Positions 9,392 to 18,933 of a stretch of 64,000 nucleotides of DNA are shown piece after piece. Position numbers and translations under genes: made by a program. A model generated the notes under the pieces. That model searched no databases. It worked only from the letters and a program-made list of their open reading frames with translations, and was not told the origin of the DNA. The stretch lies in assembly GCA_033763315.1 (NCBI GenBank), contig JANRKS010000002.1, positions 64,001 through 128,000 of the forward strand, written 5' to 3'. How positions within the stretch are numbered: position 1 is the first letter of the stretch; each line of letters starts with the position of its first letter. The stretch is from Deltaproteobacteria bacterium (lineage in GTDB: Bacteria; Myxococcota_A; Polyangia; Fen-1088).

Positions 9392-10300
9392 CTACATCAC
9401 GGCGCGCACCAGGCATTCGCCTTCACCGCGAAAGTGCCCCACTGTGCGAGCGAGGGCCGTCATGAAGTCGCCTAAAGTGGCGACTTGGAAGCCCGAAGGA
9501 TCGTAGGTGCGCACATCAAGTGGTGTGGCCATGAGCTCCGCCATCGTGATTTCGTTGTCAGCGTCGCGATCGGCGTTGGCTTTTTCTGCAAAGCGCAGCG
9601 ACGTGACGACCGCGGGGTTCGCTGAAGCGCGCAGGCGATCGTAAAAGAAATGATCGCCGTGCGTTGTTAGTTCGCTCACGTCATTGCCGCCGTTGGTCAC
9701 CACGATGCCTTCGATCTCACGTCCACTTTCGGGCGTCTGTTTGCAATCCGTGTATTGCGTCGCGGTCTTAAATCCCCAGTGAAAGGTTTTCTGCAAGGGG
9801 ATGCTTGCCTCGATTTTGGTGGCTGTGCCCTCGACATAAACCGAATAGCCGCCGGCCACCATCAGATCCTTGTCGGCTTGCGTGGCGGCGACAAGCGTCG
9901 TGTCCACCGCCACAGGACTAATTTGATAGCTCACGGCACCCCACGCTTTGGCTTTCAACCCGGCGAAGCTTGTGAGCGTTTTACGCCCGGGCCGCACGTT
10001 GTCGACCAGGAATGAACCTGTGGTTGCGCCGCCGACTGTGCCTTTGGTGTCAGCCACCTGAATGTTACGAAAGGTGACCAAGAATTTACTGTACTTGATC
10101 GTCCAGCCATCCAAGAAGCCCGACTGGCCTGTGGGATCAGGGGGGATCTGCTGTTCAATGTATTCTTCGCCCCAGGTTGTAAAGGATGCGGTGCCTTCGC
10201 CCGCGTCGCTGCATCCGAAGCATGCGACGCAACCAACGAGAGCGACGAGTAAAGCTTTAATGTGATTCATGAGTTTTGTCTCTATTTCGGCCACCTTCAC
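9392..10300 (-). CDS. Lipoprotein of unknown function in the TonB receptor operon
   Basis: CFGC lipobox, TWGEEYIE, THGDHFFYD, GHFRGEGEC. Confidence 0.7.
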   Translation of the reverse strand: MKVAEIETKLMNHIKALLVALVGCVACFGCSDAGEGTASFTTWGEEYIEQQIPPDPTGQSGFLDGWTIKYSKFLVTFRNIQVADTKGTVGGATTGSFLVDNVRPGRKTLTSFAGLKAKAWGAVSYQISPVAVDTTLVAATQADKDLMVAGGYSVYVEGTATKIEASIPLQKTFHWGFKTATQYTDCKQTPESGREIEGIVVTNGGNDVSELTTHGDHFFYDRLRASANPAVVTSLRFAEKANADRDADNEITMAELMATPLDVRTYDPSGFQVATLGDFMTALARTVGHFRGEGECLVRAVM

Positions 10301-11097
10301 GGCTCGTGGTCGGCGGTGAAGGAAAAGTGATAGGCGCTCAGTTGCACAAGCCCCAACAGGAATGCGATGTGTGCGGTGGATCCTTTTGTGATCTCGGTGG
10401 GCGCTTCGGCCGATCCCGGCGCGATGTCGGCAAAATCAACAAGGTTGAACCAAACGTGCGGCTTGATTGTCAGTTTGACGACGCCGGCTCGGTCAACAGT
10501 GGCTTCCTCGAAGCTGCACCCTGGCACCAATCCATCACGAGCGTGCTCCCCAATCGTGGCAAAGTCGACGGCGATACGGAAATGCACGGTGCTTTCGCCC
10601 TTGGTGGCGACGCCCGTGGCCGTCACGGTGTTGCCCTTAAGGTTCGTCAGCGCTGCGCCATCGACGGGGGACGAGAAAGAAAACGTTGCCGATCGATAGA
10701 GTCCCGTGACGCCGTTGCCCGCCGGAAATGCGATAGGGCCAGCAATTAGATTTAACGAATACTCCTTCAACATTTGCCCTTTGGCCACACCCTCGCCGTA
10801 ATGTCCGGGGTGAGCGTGTGCAGGCGGCAACAGCACGCGCTTAAGCCTCTGCCATGGGGTTCGCGCTTGTTGCATAACGAACGCGGGCGAACCATCGAAG
10901 TAATAGAACGGCCCCGTGGCCATTGCCGCTTCAGCTAGCTCGACATTCCAGCCTGAAAGTGTGGTGAAACGTGTATGCACCTCGCGTGCGGGCTCCACTT
11001 GCGTGCGAAGGATGATGCGCTTGCCGGTGGTGCCGTCACTGCAAGCGATTCCAGCTAGGGCCAGAATGAACGTTAAGATCGCGCACTGCTTTTGCAT
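10297..11097 (-). CDS. Lipoprotein of unknown function with a His motif, in the TonB receptor operon
   Basis: AGIAC lipobox, AHAHPGHY, overlaps the next gene. Confidence 0.7.
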   Translation of the reverse strand: MQKQCAILTFILALAGIACSDGTTGKRIILRTQVEPAREVHTRFTTLSGWNVELAEAAMATGPFYYFDGSPAFVMQQARTPWQRLKRVLLPPAHAHPGHYGEGVAKGQMLKEYSLNLIAGPIAFPAGNGVTGLYRSATFSFSSPVDGAALTNLKGNTVTATGVATKGESTVHFRIAVDFATIGEHARDGLVPGCSFEEATVDRAGVVKLTIKPHVWFNLVDFADIAPGSAEAPTEITKGSTAHIAFLLGLVQLSAYHFSFTADHEP

Positions 11098-11105
11098 ATT
11101 CCGTC

Positions 11106-13145
11106 CTAAAGAAAAAGGCTAACCTCGAATAACATAGCCCTTGGATTGCCCACGGTGACGAAGCGTTCGGGAACCACACTGGCCGCGCCGTTTTGTTGCC
11201 ACCGCGCCGCGAACGCAAACTCACCATCATACCAATCGCGGTTCAACACATTCCACACAGACATTCCCGCACCGATGGCGCGGTAGCGCACCCGCAACGC
11301 CGAATCGACCAAAAAAATGCTGTGCCCCCACTCTCGGTAGGGCAACGGTCGCCCCATCAACAAAGACAAGCCCGTGCCGAACTCGGCGCGCAACGCATGG
11401 GCGCGCACGGTGATGTCCCGCCTGAACAACACATCCGCGCGCGCCACCCATTGCGGCACGTAGGGCAAAAGATCGCCCTTGCTGAACTGGGCGTCGCTGC
11501 GGGTGAAACTCGCGCGCGTGAATGTTCCGCTGGCGGTGGCCAGCAACCAATCAAGGTGCTGCCACGTGAGATCCAATGCCATCCCCTGACGCTGTGATGC
11601 GGGGACGGTTTCGTTGCGGGTGGTGCGGGGATCGAATACCAAATCTTCTGACAGGCGCGTGACGAAGCCCGCCACCGAAGCGTTGCCCCAAGCCCCGTTC
11701 GCTCGCACCCCCAGCTCGCCACTGCGCACACGCGCAAACGGCGTGGCCTCGCCGTCTGCCAAACTGCGTGCCTGAGGCGAGCGAAACCCTTCGCCGTAGC
11801 TGAGCAGAATATGGCCATCGGTCCACGCACGAAAGTCGATGGTTGCCTTTGGGCCCGCAGATAAACCCTGCGCTGAGCGCGATTGACCTGCAGCGCGGGC
11901 GCCGCGATCGGTGGCGGTGAATCCCAAGGCATTGAGCCGCACGCCGCCTCGCAACGTGAGTCGTGGGGAAGGATGGAGGGCGGCATCCAGATACGCTGCG
12001 AGGGTGTTCGCACGCACCACGGCCTGCACATCATCACCGGTCACGCGGCCGTCGATCGATGAGAGGCGCTTCTGCGATTGTGTGATCCAATCAGACCGTG
12101 CAACCAGTCCCAGCTCGATGGTGTCTTGCGGGGCCAATAGGTGAACACGTTTGCGAAAATACGCGTGGCTGCCGGCGGTGACGGCGTCGTTGATTTGTTG
12201 CTGTGCATCGCCATTGGGATCGGTCAAGAACCCTGTGAAATTTTGGCGCAGACGCATGCCGTGCGTCACCACGTACGCGGACAAACCCGAACGTTGGCCC
12301 GGCCTATCTTCACCAAGTTCAACCAAGGCCTGCGAGCGTGACGAAGCGCCGCCTTGCGAGGGGTCGTATGTGGCGAAACGATCGACGGCACCGCTTCGGA
12401 CATCCGAAAGCGCAAGCACACCAGCCGACGAAAACCGTGCGGCGTAGGATGAGATCAGCACGCGCAGCTTCAGGCCATCGGGCAGCGCCCAGACCGCTTG
12501 CGATAGCGCCGAGGCCCGTTCCGCCGCGCGGGCGGGACCAAAACCATCCGTGTGATAGTGCTCGAACGCCGCGAACGTCTCGTCCTGGGTGTCGGGTGGG
12601 TGATAGGCAATGAATTGGCGCTGCGTTCCGAACGATCCTAAGGCCGCCTTCGCGGTGACGCCCGGTTCCGCGTATCCCAAGCGAAGATGCAGCGACCCGG
12701 CCACGGCAAAATCGCCTTGCCGCGGATCGTATGCGCCCGCTTGTGCGCGAACCTGTTGCACAACCTCGGCAGGAATGAAATTCAGATCCGCATAACCTTG
12801 ACCGTGGATGTTCGAAACATCGTTGACGGGGATGCCGCCGGCCACAACCTCAATGTCCTGGCCATGGATCGCGTCAAAGCCACGAAAGAACATTTGCGAG
12901 GCTTTGCCTTCGCCGCCGTGATGGGTCACGAACATCCCCGGCACCACCATCAACAGATCGTCAGCGGTTTTGTGGGGCGCGGTGCGGAGCGCTTCCCGAT
13001 CGCGCACGCTTTGTGAAGCGCTACGCGGCGGGGCGGGCGCCACAACAGTCACGTCGTAAGGTGAAGGCGTCGATTGTGCGAAAAATAGAACCCAAATGAA
13101 CAGAGGCATTGTGCAAACTCCCGAACGCGCGCTCTCGAAAGGCAC
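11106..13145 (-). CDS. TonB-dependent receptor (putative divalent-metal uptake)
   Basis: Plug motifs VPGMFVTHHGGEGKASQMFFRGFDAIHGQD and HGQGYADLNFIP, beta-barrel, C-terminal GNPRAMLFEVSLFL. Start may be ATG 13109. Confidence 0.85.
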   Translation of the reverse strand: MPFESARSGVCTMPLFIWVLFFAQSTPSPYDVTVVAPAPPRSASQSVRDREALRTAPHKTADDLLMVVPGMFVTHHGGEGKASQMFFRGFDAIHGQDIEVVAGGIPVNDVSNIHGQGYADLNFIPAEVVQQVRAQAGAYDPRQGDFAVAGSLHLRLGYAEPGVTAKAALGSFGTQRQFIAYHPPDTQDETFAAFEHYHTDGFGPARAAERASALSQAVWALPDGLKLRVLISSYAARFSSAGVLALSDVRSGAVDRFATYDPSQGGASSRSQALVELGEDRPGQRSGLSAYVVTHGMRLRQNFTGFLTDPNGDAQQQINDAVTAGSHAYFRKRVHLLAPQDTIELGLVARSDWITQSQKRLSSIDGRVTGDDVQAVVRANTLAAYLDAALHPSPRLTLRGGVRLNALGFTATDRGARAAGQSRSAQGLSAGPKATIDFRAWTDGHILLSYGEGFRSPQARSLADGEATPFARVRSGELGVRANGAWGNASVAGFVTRLSEDLVFDPRTTRNETVPASQRQGMALDLTWQHLDWLLATASGTFTRASFTRSDAQFSKGDLLPYVPQWVARADVLFRRDITVRAHALRAEFGTGLSLLMGRPLPYREWGHSIFLVDSALRVRYRAIGAGMSVWNVLNRDWYDGEFAFAARWQQNGAASVVPERFVTVGNPRAMLFEVSLFL

Positions 13146-13222
13146 GCCAATGCGCGCGCTCGCCGCTCATGCACGTGGGTGCGTGAACAGGCTGGCGGCA
13201 CCAGCGGCCGTTGGTGCGATTG

Positions 13223-13759
13223 CTACGCGAGTGCGGGCGGGCCACGAATGTGCGGCGGGATTGTGTGCGGGTGGCCGTACCGCTCGAAGCGAACGGCTTC
13301 GTCGAGCACATGCAACCGTAGAAGAGCGGGCACGGGATGTAGGCTGGGTGTGCATCCGTGAAACAGCAGCCCGAAGTGCAGCAGCGAGCCGTCGCCTTGC
13401 GCGAGTGGTTCGGTGGGCGAGGGCGTTCCGGATCGACAGGTGGCGCTGCTGCTAAAGCGGGCGGCCGCCAATGCCGTGTCGTTGTCCCCGGATCCGAAAG
13501 CGGCCCCGCGCACTTCGTCGAGCACCTCTTGCAACGACGATGGGCGCTCTTCGGCTTGCACCCTGCCATCCAGAAACAACACGCCGTTGGCGGTGTGGAT
13601 GTGGTCGGCCCAGTGGTTGTAGATGTGAGCGGCTGGCGCCACCAAGGTGCCAACGACAAAACAGAGCAGCGCGGCCCACCCCGCGCTCAAGCGACGCCAC
13701 GACCTCATCGGGCGACAACGCCGCCGCTGTTGAGTCTTTTCGGAGGTGACGTGAGCCAT
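13223..13759 (-). CDS. His-rich leader protein ending in RGPP (DUF2946/CruR-like architecture)
   Basis: Hydrophobic helix, then AHIYNHWADHIH, LLHFGLLFHG, GHPHTIPPHIRGPPALA-stop. Start is 13759 or 13708. Confidence 0.6.
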   Translation of the reverse strand: MAHVTSEKTQQRRRCRPMRSWRRLSAGWAALLCFVVGTLVAPAAHIYNHWADHIHTANGVLFLDGRVQAEERPSSLQEVLDEVRGAAFGSGDNDTALAAARFSSSATCRSGTPSPTEPLAQGDGSLLHFGLLFHGCTPSLHPVPALLRLHVLDEAVRFERYGHPHTIPPHIRGPPALA

Positions 13760-13849
13760 GGCCACGAAGCCCGGACGTTGACAGAAAGTGGCTGCGGGCG
13801 CCAGGCCACGGTCCGAGACATCCGCGCGTTGGGGACGTTTCGCGCGTTG

Positions 13850-13866
13850 TCGCATTTGAATTGCAA
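13850..13866. promoter_or_regulatory. Imperfect 17-bp palindrome, candidate Zur/Fur-family operator
   Basis: TCGCATTTGAATTGCAA matches 12 of 14 positions of TTGCAAT-N3-ATTGCAA. It lies between the two divergent TonB receptor operons. Confidence 0.4.
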
Positions 13867-14040
13867 TAACGGTACAGGTGCAATATCTTCGCTGGCCATG
13901 CTTCCGGGTTCATTCACTTACTCCACCCGTCCGCTTTTCCGGCGGCGGGGGGGGGCTCGCCTCGGGGCACCCAGGCGTGCCACTTTCGCAGGCCGCCCTT
14001 CACTTTGGGCGTGGTGAACCTGCTATTGGAATCAGAAGCC

Positions 14041-16473
14041 ATGGGGAAGCCATTCACATCAACCCTGTACCGAGCCGCAGCGACCGGCGCTTTGGTCATG
14101 GTTTGCACCCCCGCGGTGGCGCAATCCGCGGCGTCACCGGCGGTCTTGGCGAACCACTGTGCGGCCACGCTTGATGTGCACATCATTGAAGCGTTCGACC
14201 ACGAGCCTGTGTCGGCCGCCAACATTACGGTCAACCACACGTTTGCGGGCAGCACCGATGAACACGGCCGCTTGAAAGTGGAGGGACTTTGCGCGGGCAA
14301 GGTGATGGTTGAGGCGGCCCACGATGCGTTCGAGCCAGGCGCCCGTCTCATCACACTTGGGCCTTCAGGTTCCGTTGAGATCGAACTCAAGTTCAAGGTG
14401 GAAGAATACGCCGTTGAGACGAAAGTCACGCGCACGGTCGACATGCGATCCACGGCCACAATCTCCGATGAGGCGCTCGAGCGAAAACGCGGCCAATCAC
14501 TTGCAGAAGCGTTGGCAGATGTCCCGGGCGTAAGCCAGCTGCGCTCAGGAAACGGCCTGGCCAAGCCCATTGTGCGCGGCCAGTTTGGGCGGCGTTTACC
14601 GATCATCGTTGATGGCGTGCGACACCGCGCGCAGGATTGGGGCCTAGACCATGCGCCTGAAATCGATCCGGCGATCGCCGATCGCATCAGCGTCGTGCGC
14701 GGCGCATCGGGTGTGCGCTATGGGCCCGATGCCATCGGTGGCGTTCTGCTTGTGGATCCTCCCGACATGCGCCGCAGCCCCGGTGTCGAAGGGCAAACCC
14801 ACCTCGTCGGGTTCTCCAATGGGTGGGGCGGCGACTTATCGACCCGCGTGCAAGCGGTGCCCGCGTCGCTGCCCGCGCTGACGTTGCAGCTTGAGGGCAG
14901 CCTCAAACGGCAAGCGGCTGCGCGCACGCCGGATTATGCGTTGGACAACACGGGCCAGGAGCAGTGGACGGCGGGTGCCACGCTCGCCTACCGCGCCAGC
15001 GAGGCTGTGTATCAATTGTCATTCCGGCACCTGGCCGCTGAACTTGGCGTCTGCCTTTGTTACCGGATCGATTCGCCCAGTGACTTCATGGCGCAGATCC
15101 AGCGCGGCAAGCCATCTGGTTTTGAGCTTTACCGCGCCGATGCGAACATCGAACGCCCTTATCAAGCGCTGGCACACGATCTGGCCGTGGCGCGCGCCCG
15201 ATGGACGCTGGGCAATGTGGGCACGCTCACTGGCACATATGCGTTTCAATACGATCACCGCCGCGAATACGCCCTTGTCCGCCAGGCCGTTTCGGGATCG
15301 CAATTCGCGTTTCGGTTGTGGACGCACGACATTGATCTGACGCTCGAACACACGCCCGTTCATCTTTCCGATCACCACCATCTGATCGGCTCGATCGGCG
15401 TGGTGGGCATGGCGCAAGTTCACTCTTACGACGGTTTGCCGTTGGTGCCTGATCATAAAGCTGGCAGCGCGGGTGTGTTTGCTGCCGAACGTTTGATCGC
15501 GGACGAGTATGAGCTGGAAGCGGGCGTTCGCTACGATTTCCTCGCGCGCACGGCGGCCTTGGACCGAGATGATTTTTTGCGGCTTGTGCGCAGTGGTCAG
15601 CTTCTCAACGATGCTTGCGGCGGGGTGACGGACGCGACGGCGAAAATAAATTGCTCCTCCACGTTCCACACAGTGTCGGCGTCGCTCGGCGCTCTCCGCC
15701 GTTTCACGACCGAATGGTCGAGCAAACTGGATCTCTCTGTGGCGTCGCGGCCACCCAACCCCGATGAACAATACCTCAACGGCACCGCGCCTTCGTTTCC
15801 CGTGTTCGGCCTCGGGCGACCCAACCTCGGCGCCGAAACGACCTACTCGGCCTCCATAACCGCCACATACAGCTCGGCAAAGCTTGCGGGCGAGGCCTCT
15901 GCCTTTGGCAACTACATCGCCGACTACATTTATTTTGCCCCCGCCATCGGGGCCGACGGTATGCCGATCTTCGACGTGCTCATTCGCGGCGCGTTCCCGC
16001 GCTTCGTCACGCGGCCCGTGGATGCGGTGTTTTATGGTGCCGACGGTGGGCTCACAGCGGTGCCGCTGCCGTGGCTTGAGATTGGGGCGCAGGCGTCCCT
16101 CATCCGCGCGCGGAACGTCACTGATCACTCGTATTTGGTGTTCGTGCCTTCAAACAACGTGCGTTCGTCGATCACAGTGAAACGCGCCCAAGTTTGGGGC
16201 ATGAGCAACGTGATGGCATCGGTGGCCGGCTCATACACCGCTCGTCAATCTCGCTTCGACCTGGCTGCCGACCTGGCGCCACCGCCCGAGGCGTATTTTG
16301 TTTTGGGTGGAACGATTGCGGCCGAAAAACGCGTGGGCAATCAAGTGATCAAGTTTGCTTTGCAAGGCGCGAACGTGCTGGGTCGTCGCTATCGTGAGTA
16401 TACAAGCCTGATGCGCTACTTCGCCGATCAGCCGGGGCGTCAGGTGATGCTGCGGGTGTCATTGTTGTTTTGA
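14041..16473 (+). CDS. TonB-dependent receptor with an N-terminal carboxypeptidase-regulatory-like domain
   Basis: Signal peptide, SLAEALADVPGV, KPIVRG, QDWGLDHAPEID, YGPDAIGGV, C-terminal Phe. Confidence 0.9.
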   Translation: MGKPFTSTLYRAAATGALVMVCTPAVAQSAASPAVLANHCAATLDVHIIEAFDHEPVSAANITVNHTFAGSTDEHGRLKVEGLCAGKVMVEAAHDAFEPGARLITLGPSGSVEIELKFKVEEYAVETKVTRTVDMRSTATISDEALERKRGQSLAEALADVPGVSQLRSGNGLAKPIVRGQFGRRLPIIVDGVRHRAQDWGLDHAPEIDPAIADRISVVRGASGVRYGPDAIGGVLLVDPPDMRRSPGVEGQTHLVGFSNGWGGDLSTRVQAVPASLPALTLQLEGSLKRQAAARTPDYALDNTGQEQWTAGATLAYRASEAVYQLSFRHLAAELGVCLCYRIDSPSDFMAQIQRGKPSGFELYRADANIERPYQALAHDLAVARARWTLGNVGTLTGTYAFQYDHRREYALVRQAVSGSQFAFRLWTHDIDLTLEHTPVHLSDHHHLIGSIGVVGMAQVHSYDGLPLVPDHKAGSAGVFAAERLIADEYELEAGVRYDFLARTAALDRDDFLRLVRSGQLLNDACGGVTDATAKINCSSTFHTVSASLGALRRFTTEWSSKLDLSVASRPPNPDEQYLNGTAPSFPVFGLGRPNLGAETTYSASITATYSSAKLAGEASAFGNYIADYIYFAPAIGADGMPIFDVLIRGAFPRFVTRPVDAVFYGADGGLTAVPLPWLEIGAQASLIRARNVTDHSYLVFVPSNNVRSSITVKRAQVWGMSNVMASVAGSYTARQSRFDLAADLAPPPEAYFVLGGTIAAEKRVGNQVIKFALQGANVLGRRYREYTSLMRYFADQPGRQVMLRVSLLF

Positions 16474-16499
16474 GAAACCTTAACCAAGTGGAGATTCTT

Positions 16500-17117
16500 A
16501 TGCGCAATTTGGGTCGATACATCAGTGGTCTAGTTTGGTTCTGTGTGGTTGCCATCGTTCCTGGTTGTGGTGGCGACGAGGTCGGCAATATCAATGAGCC
16601 TGAGGTCATCACCACGATCACTTTGACGGCCACACCCACGGGCGGCGGCGCCTCCATCGTGGCTGGTGTTGACGATCCCGACGGCGATGGTGGCAACCCT
16701 CCCATCGTCACGCCCCTGGTGCTTTCTCCTGGCACGTATGACATGACGATCAATCTGCAAAGCAAGCTTTCCACGCCACCGGCGGACATCACTCAAGAAG
16801 TGCGTGACGAGGGCATCACCCATCAGCTTTTCTTTACAGGTCCGGCGGTGAATGGCCCTGCCAGTGCACAGCCTGCGGCACCGCTCGGCCAGGCTTACGC
16901 GGATGCCGACAGCAATGGCCTGCCGGTGGGCCTGGCCAACAAGATCACGGCATCCGCTGGCGCAGGCTTGTTAACCATAACGCTGCGGCATATGCCTGCA
17001 GTGAATGGCGTCGCTGTAAAAACCGCGGCCCTTGCCGAAACCGTGAGAACGATGGGCTTTTCAGGCATCGGCGGCTCCACCGATCTGCAGGTCAACCTGC
17101 CGGTGACAGTGCAGTAG
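16500..17117 (+). CDS. TonB receptor-associated lipoprotein
   Basis: IVPGC lipobox, NEPEVITT, DPDGDGG, HQLFF, ITLRH. Confidence 0.75.
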   Translation: MRNLGRYISGLVWFCVVAIVPGCGGDEVGNINEPEVITTITLTATPTGGGASIVAGVDDPDGDGGNPPIVTPLVLSPGTYDMTINLQSKLSTPPADITQEVRDEGITHQLFFTGPAVNGPASAQPAAPLGQAYADADSNGLPVGLANKITASAGAGLLTITLRHMPAVNGVAVKTAALAETVRTMGFSGIGGSTDLQVNLPVTVQ

Positions 17118-17230
17118 CCTCGGCTGCGGCCCGGCTTTGGCAACAACACAGCGCTTCTCTTTCGCGAAGAAAGGCCCAACGACAGCGGGTTTAGTAACGA
17201 TAAGAGCCAACTTTCAGATACCATGCCGTC

Positions 17231-18310
17231 TTGCCTCCTGTAGACCGAGACGACCAAGGCACCGAGCGCGACCAAACCGACGAAAGTCTGCGCGTGGAAC
17301 GCGAACGCGCCGACGACTCACTGATCGAGATCCTGGCGGCTATCGATGAGACAGCGGACGCTGTCATCACGCGGGCCCGTGAGCGCGCGGATCGCGTTGT
17401 GGCCAAGGCGCGCAAAGACAGCGACCGCAAATCGCGTATGCCTTTGCCCGACGCGCATCTGACACGTGAGCGATTGCTTGAGGATGAATCGTTGTTACAT
17501 GAACGCGCCACGGCCGACGAAGCTTTGCGCGTCGAACGCGCTGCTCAAACAGCTCTCGTTGGCCTTGAGCGAGCCGAAACCGATCGAGATCTATCCAGTG
17601 AGAGGGCGCGTTCGGATAAGGCCCTTTCGACACGCGATGAGTTTTTGGGGATTGTGAGCCACGATCTTCGCAATTTGCTCAACGGGGTGGTGGGGTTTGC
17701 ATCGCTGATCGAGCAGGGCATTGCACAAAAGAAGGAAGACGCGACGTTGCTCACATACGCCCAGCGGATACGCCGCTCCGGCGCGCGTATGGATAGGATG
17801 ATTGGCGACCTCGTCGATGTCGCAAGCATCGACGCCGGGGCTCTCGCCGTTACACAAGAGGTTGTGGATCCAACCAGCGTGGTGCAGGAAGCTGTTGAGA
17901 CCTTTGCCGCCCAAGCGTTGGCGCGATCCATCACCGTTCGCGCGGAGATTGAGCTTTCGCAAACGCAGGCCGCGTTCGATCCAGCGCGTGTGTTGCAGGT
18001 GCTCACGAACCTGCTGAGCAACGCGATCAAGTTCACTGGGGCCAACGGCAGCGTGGTGGTGCGCGTTGCCACGGTGGGCGATGAGTTACGGTTTTACGTC
18101 AAAGACACGGGTATTGGCATTCCTGCGTCCCAACTCGCGGTTGTGTTCGAGCGCTATAAACAGATTCACCAGAACGATCGCCGCGGCGTGGGGCTTGGCC
18201 TTTACATTTCGAAATGTATCGTGCAAGGGCACGGGGGCAGGATCTGGGCCGAAAGTGAAGAAGGGCAAGGAAGCACGTTTCACTTCACGCTGCCTGCCTT
18301 CGCGGCTTAG
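17231..18310 (+). CDS. Cytoplasmic histidine kinase with a charged repeat N-terminus
   Basis: VSHDLRN H-box, NLLSNAIKF, DTGIG, GVGLGL. No TM segments. Confidence 0.9.
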   Translation: MPPVDRDDQGTERDQTDESLRVERERADDSLIEILAAIDETADAVITRARERADRVVAKARKDSDRKSRMPLPDAHLTRERLLEDESLLHERATADEALRVERAAQTALVGLERAETDRDLSSERARSDKALSTRDEFLGIVSHDLRNLLNGVVGFASLIEQGIAQKKEDATLLTYAQRIRRSGARMDRMIGDLVDVASIDAGALAVTQEVVDPTSVVQEAVETFAAQALARSITVRAEIELSQTQAAFDPARVLQVLTNLLSNAIKFTGANGSVVVRVATVGDELRFYVKDTGIGIPASQLAVVFERYKQIHQNDRRGVGLGLYISKCIVQGHGGRIWAESEEGQGSTFHFTLPAFAA

Positions 18311-18418
18311 CCAACCTTGAGTTGCAATTTCGCGATAACAGCACTGACGGTTCCAGTAACCGACTTGCGCAATGACTGAACGTGTGTTTAGTATGCAGGC
18401 AGCCAAGGAGGCTTCGCC

Positions 18419-18868
18419 ATGTCTGACACCACCAGCCCCATTTCTGAACCGTTGCACGATTTGCTCCGCCTCTTCGCTGAACATCTTGCCGAGGTTCGGT
18501 TCGGCGACATCGACAAAGGCGTTCTTGAGGCGCAGGCCGCGCGCGTGTTGATGGCCGCACAAGCCGCAGAGGAAGCTCAGGCCGCTTTAGACGCGGCACG
18601 CAGCGCTTTGACGGCCGCACAGCAAACACTCTTGGTGACTGGCCAGCGGGCGTTGGCGTATGCGCGTATTTATGCTGAGACGTCACCCGAGCTGCTTGGG
18701 CGCTTGAACGTCGTATCGTTAGGGCCAGGCACCCCCTTGCAGAAAGCGCGCGAGGTGGAAATGAAGGTGGCACGGCGCCGCCCACGCAAGGACGCAGAAG
18801 ATGAAATGCCAGCGCTGCCCGGCACGGTTGGTGAATCGTCGGTTATGGCGGCGACAGCCTCCGCATGA
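18419..18868 (+). CDS. Hypothetical coiled-coil protein
   Basis: AAGGAGG RBS, Ala-rich helix. Confidence 0.65.
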   Translation: MSDTTSPISEPLHDLLRLFAEHLAEVRFGDIDKGVLEAQAARVLMAAQAAEEAQAALDAARSALTAAQQTLLVTGQRALAYARIYAETSPELLGRLNVVSLGPGTPLQKAREVEMKVARRRPRKDAEDEMPALPGTVGESSVMAATASA

Positions 18869-18894
18869 CGTTTTTGGCGATTGAGCGTGGCGGC

Positions 18895-18933
18895 TTGACC
18901 CACTCAGCAAACAGCGTATCGTTTTTTGACGAT
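18895..18933 (+). promoter_or_regulatory. Putative sigma70 promoter with an ArsR-type inverted repeat
   Basis: TTGACC-N16-TATCGT, with palindrome ATCGT-N6-ACGAT (18918-18933) overlapping the -10 box and the start codon. Confidence 0.45.

Noticed and set aside
13870-14040. Cobalamin riboswitch or a second arrest leader before the right-hand receptor
   Set aside because: No B12-box is recognisable, and the short ORF there lacks an RAPP-like motif.
15019-16128. 369-aa antisense ORF, and similar ones elsewhere
   Set aside because: Expected from GC-rich codon bias opposite a real gene. It has no recognisable motifs.
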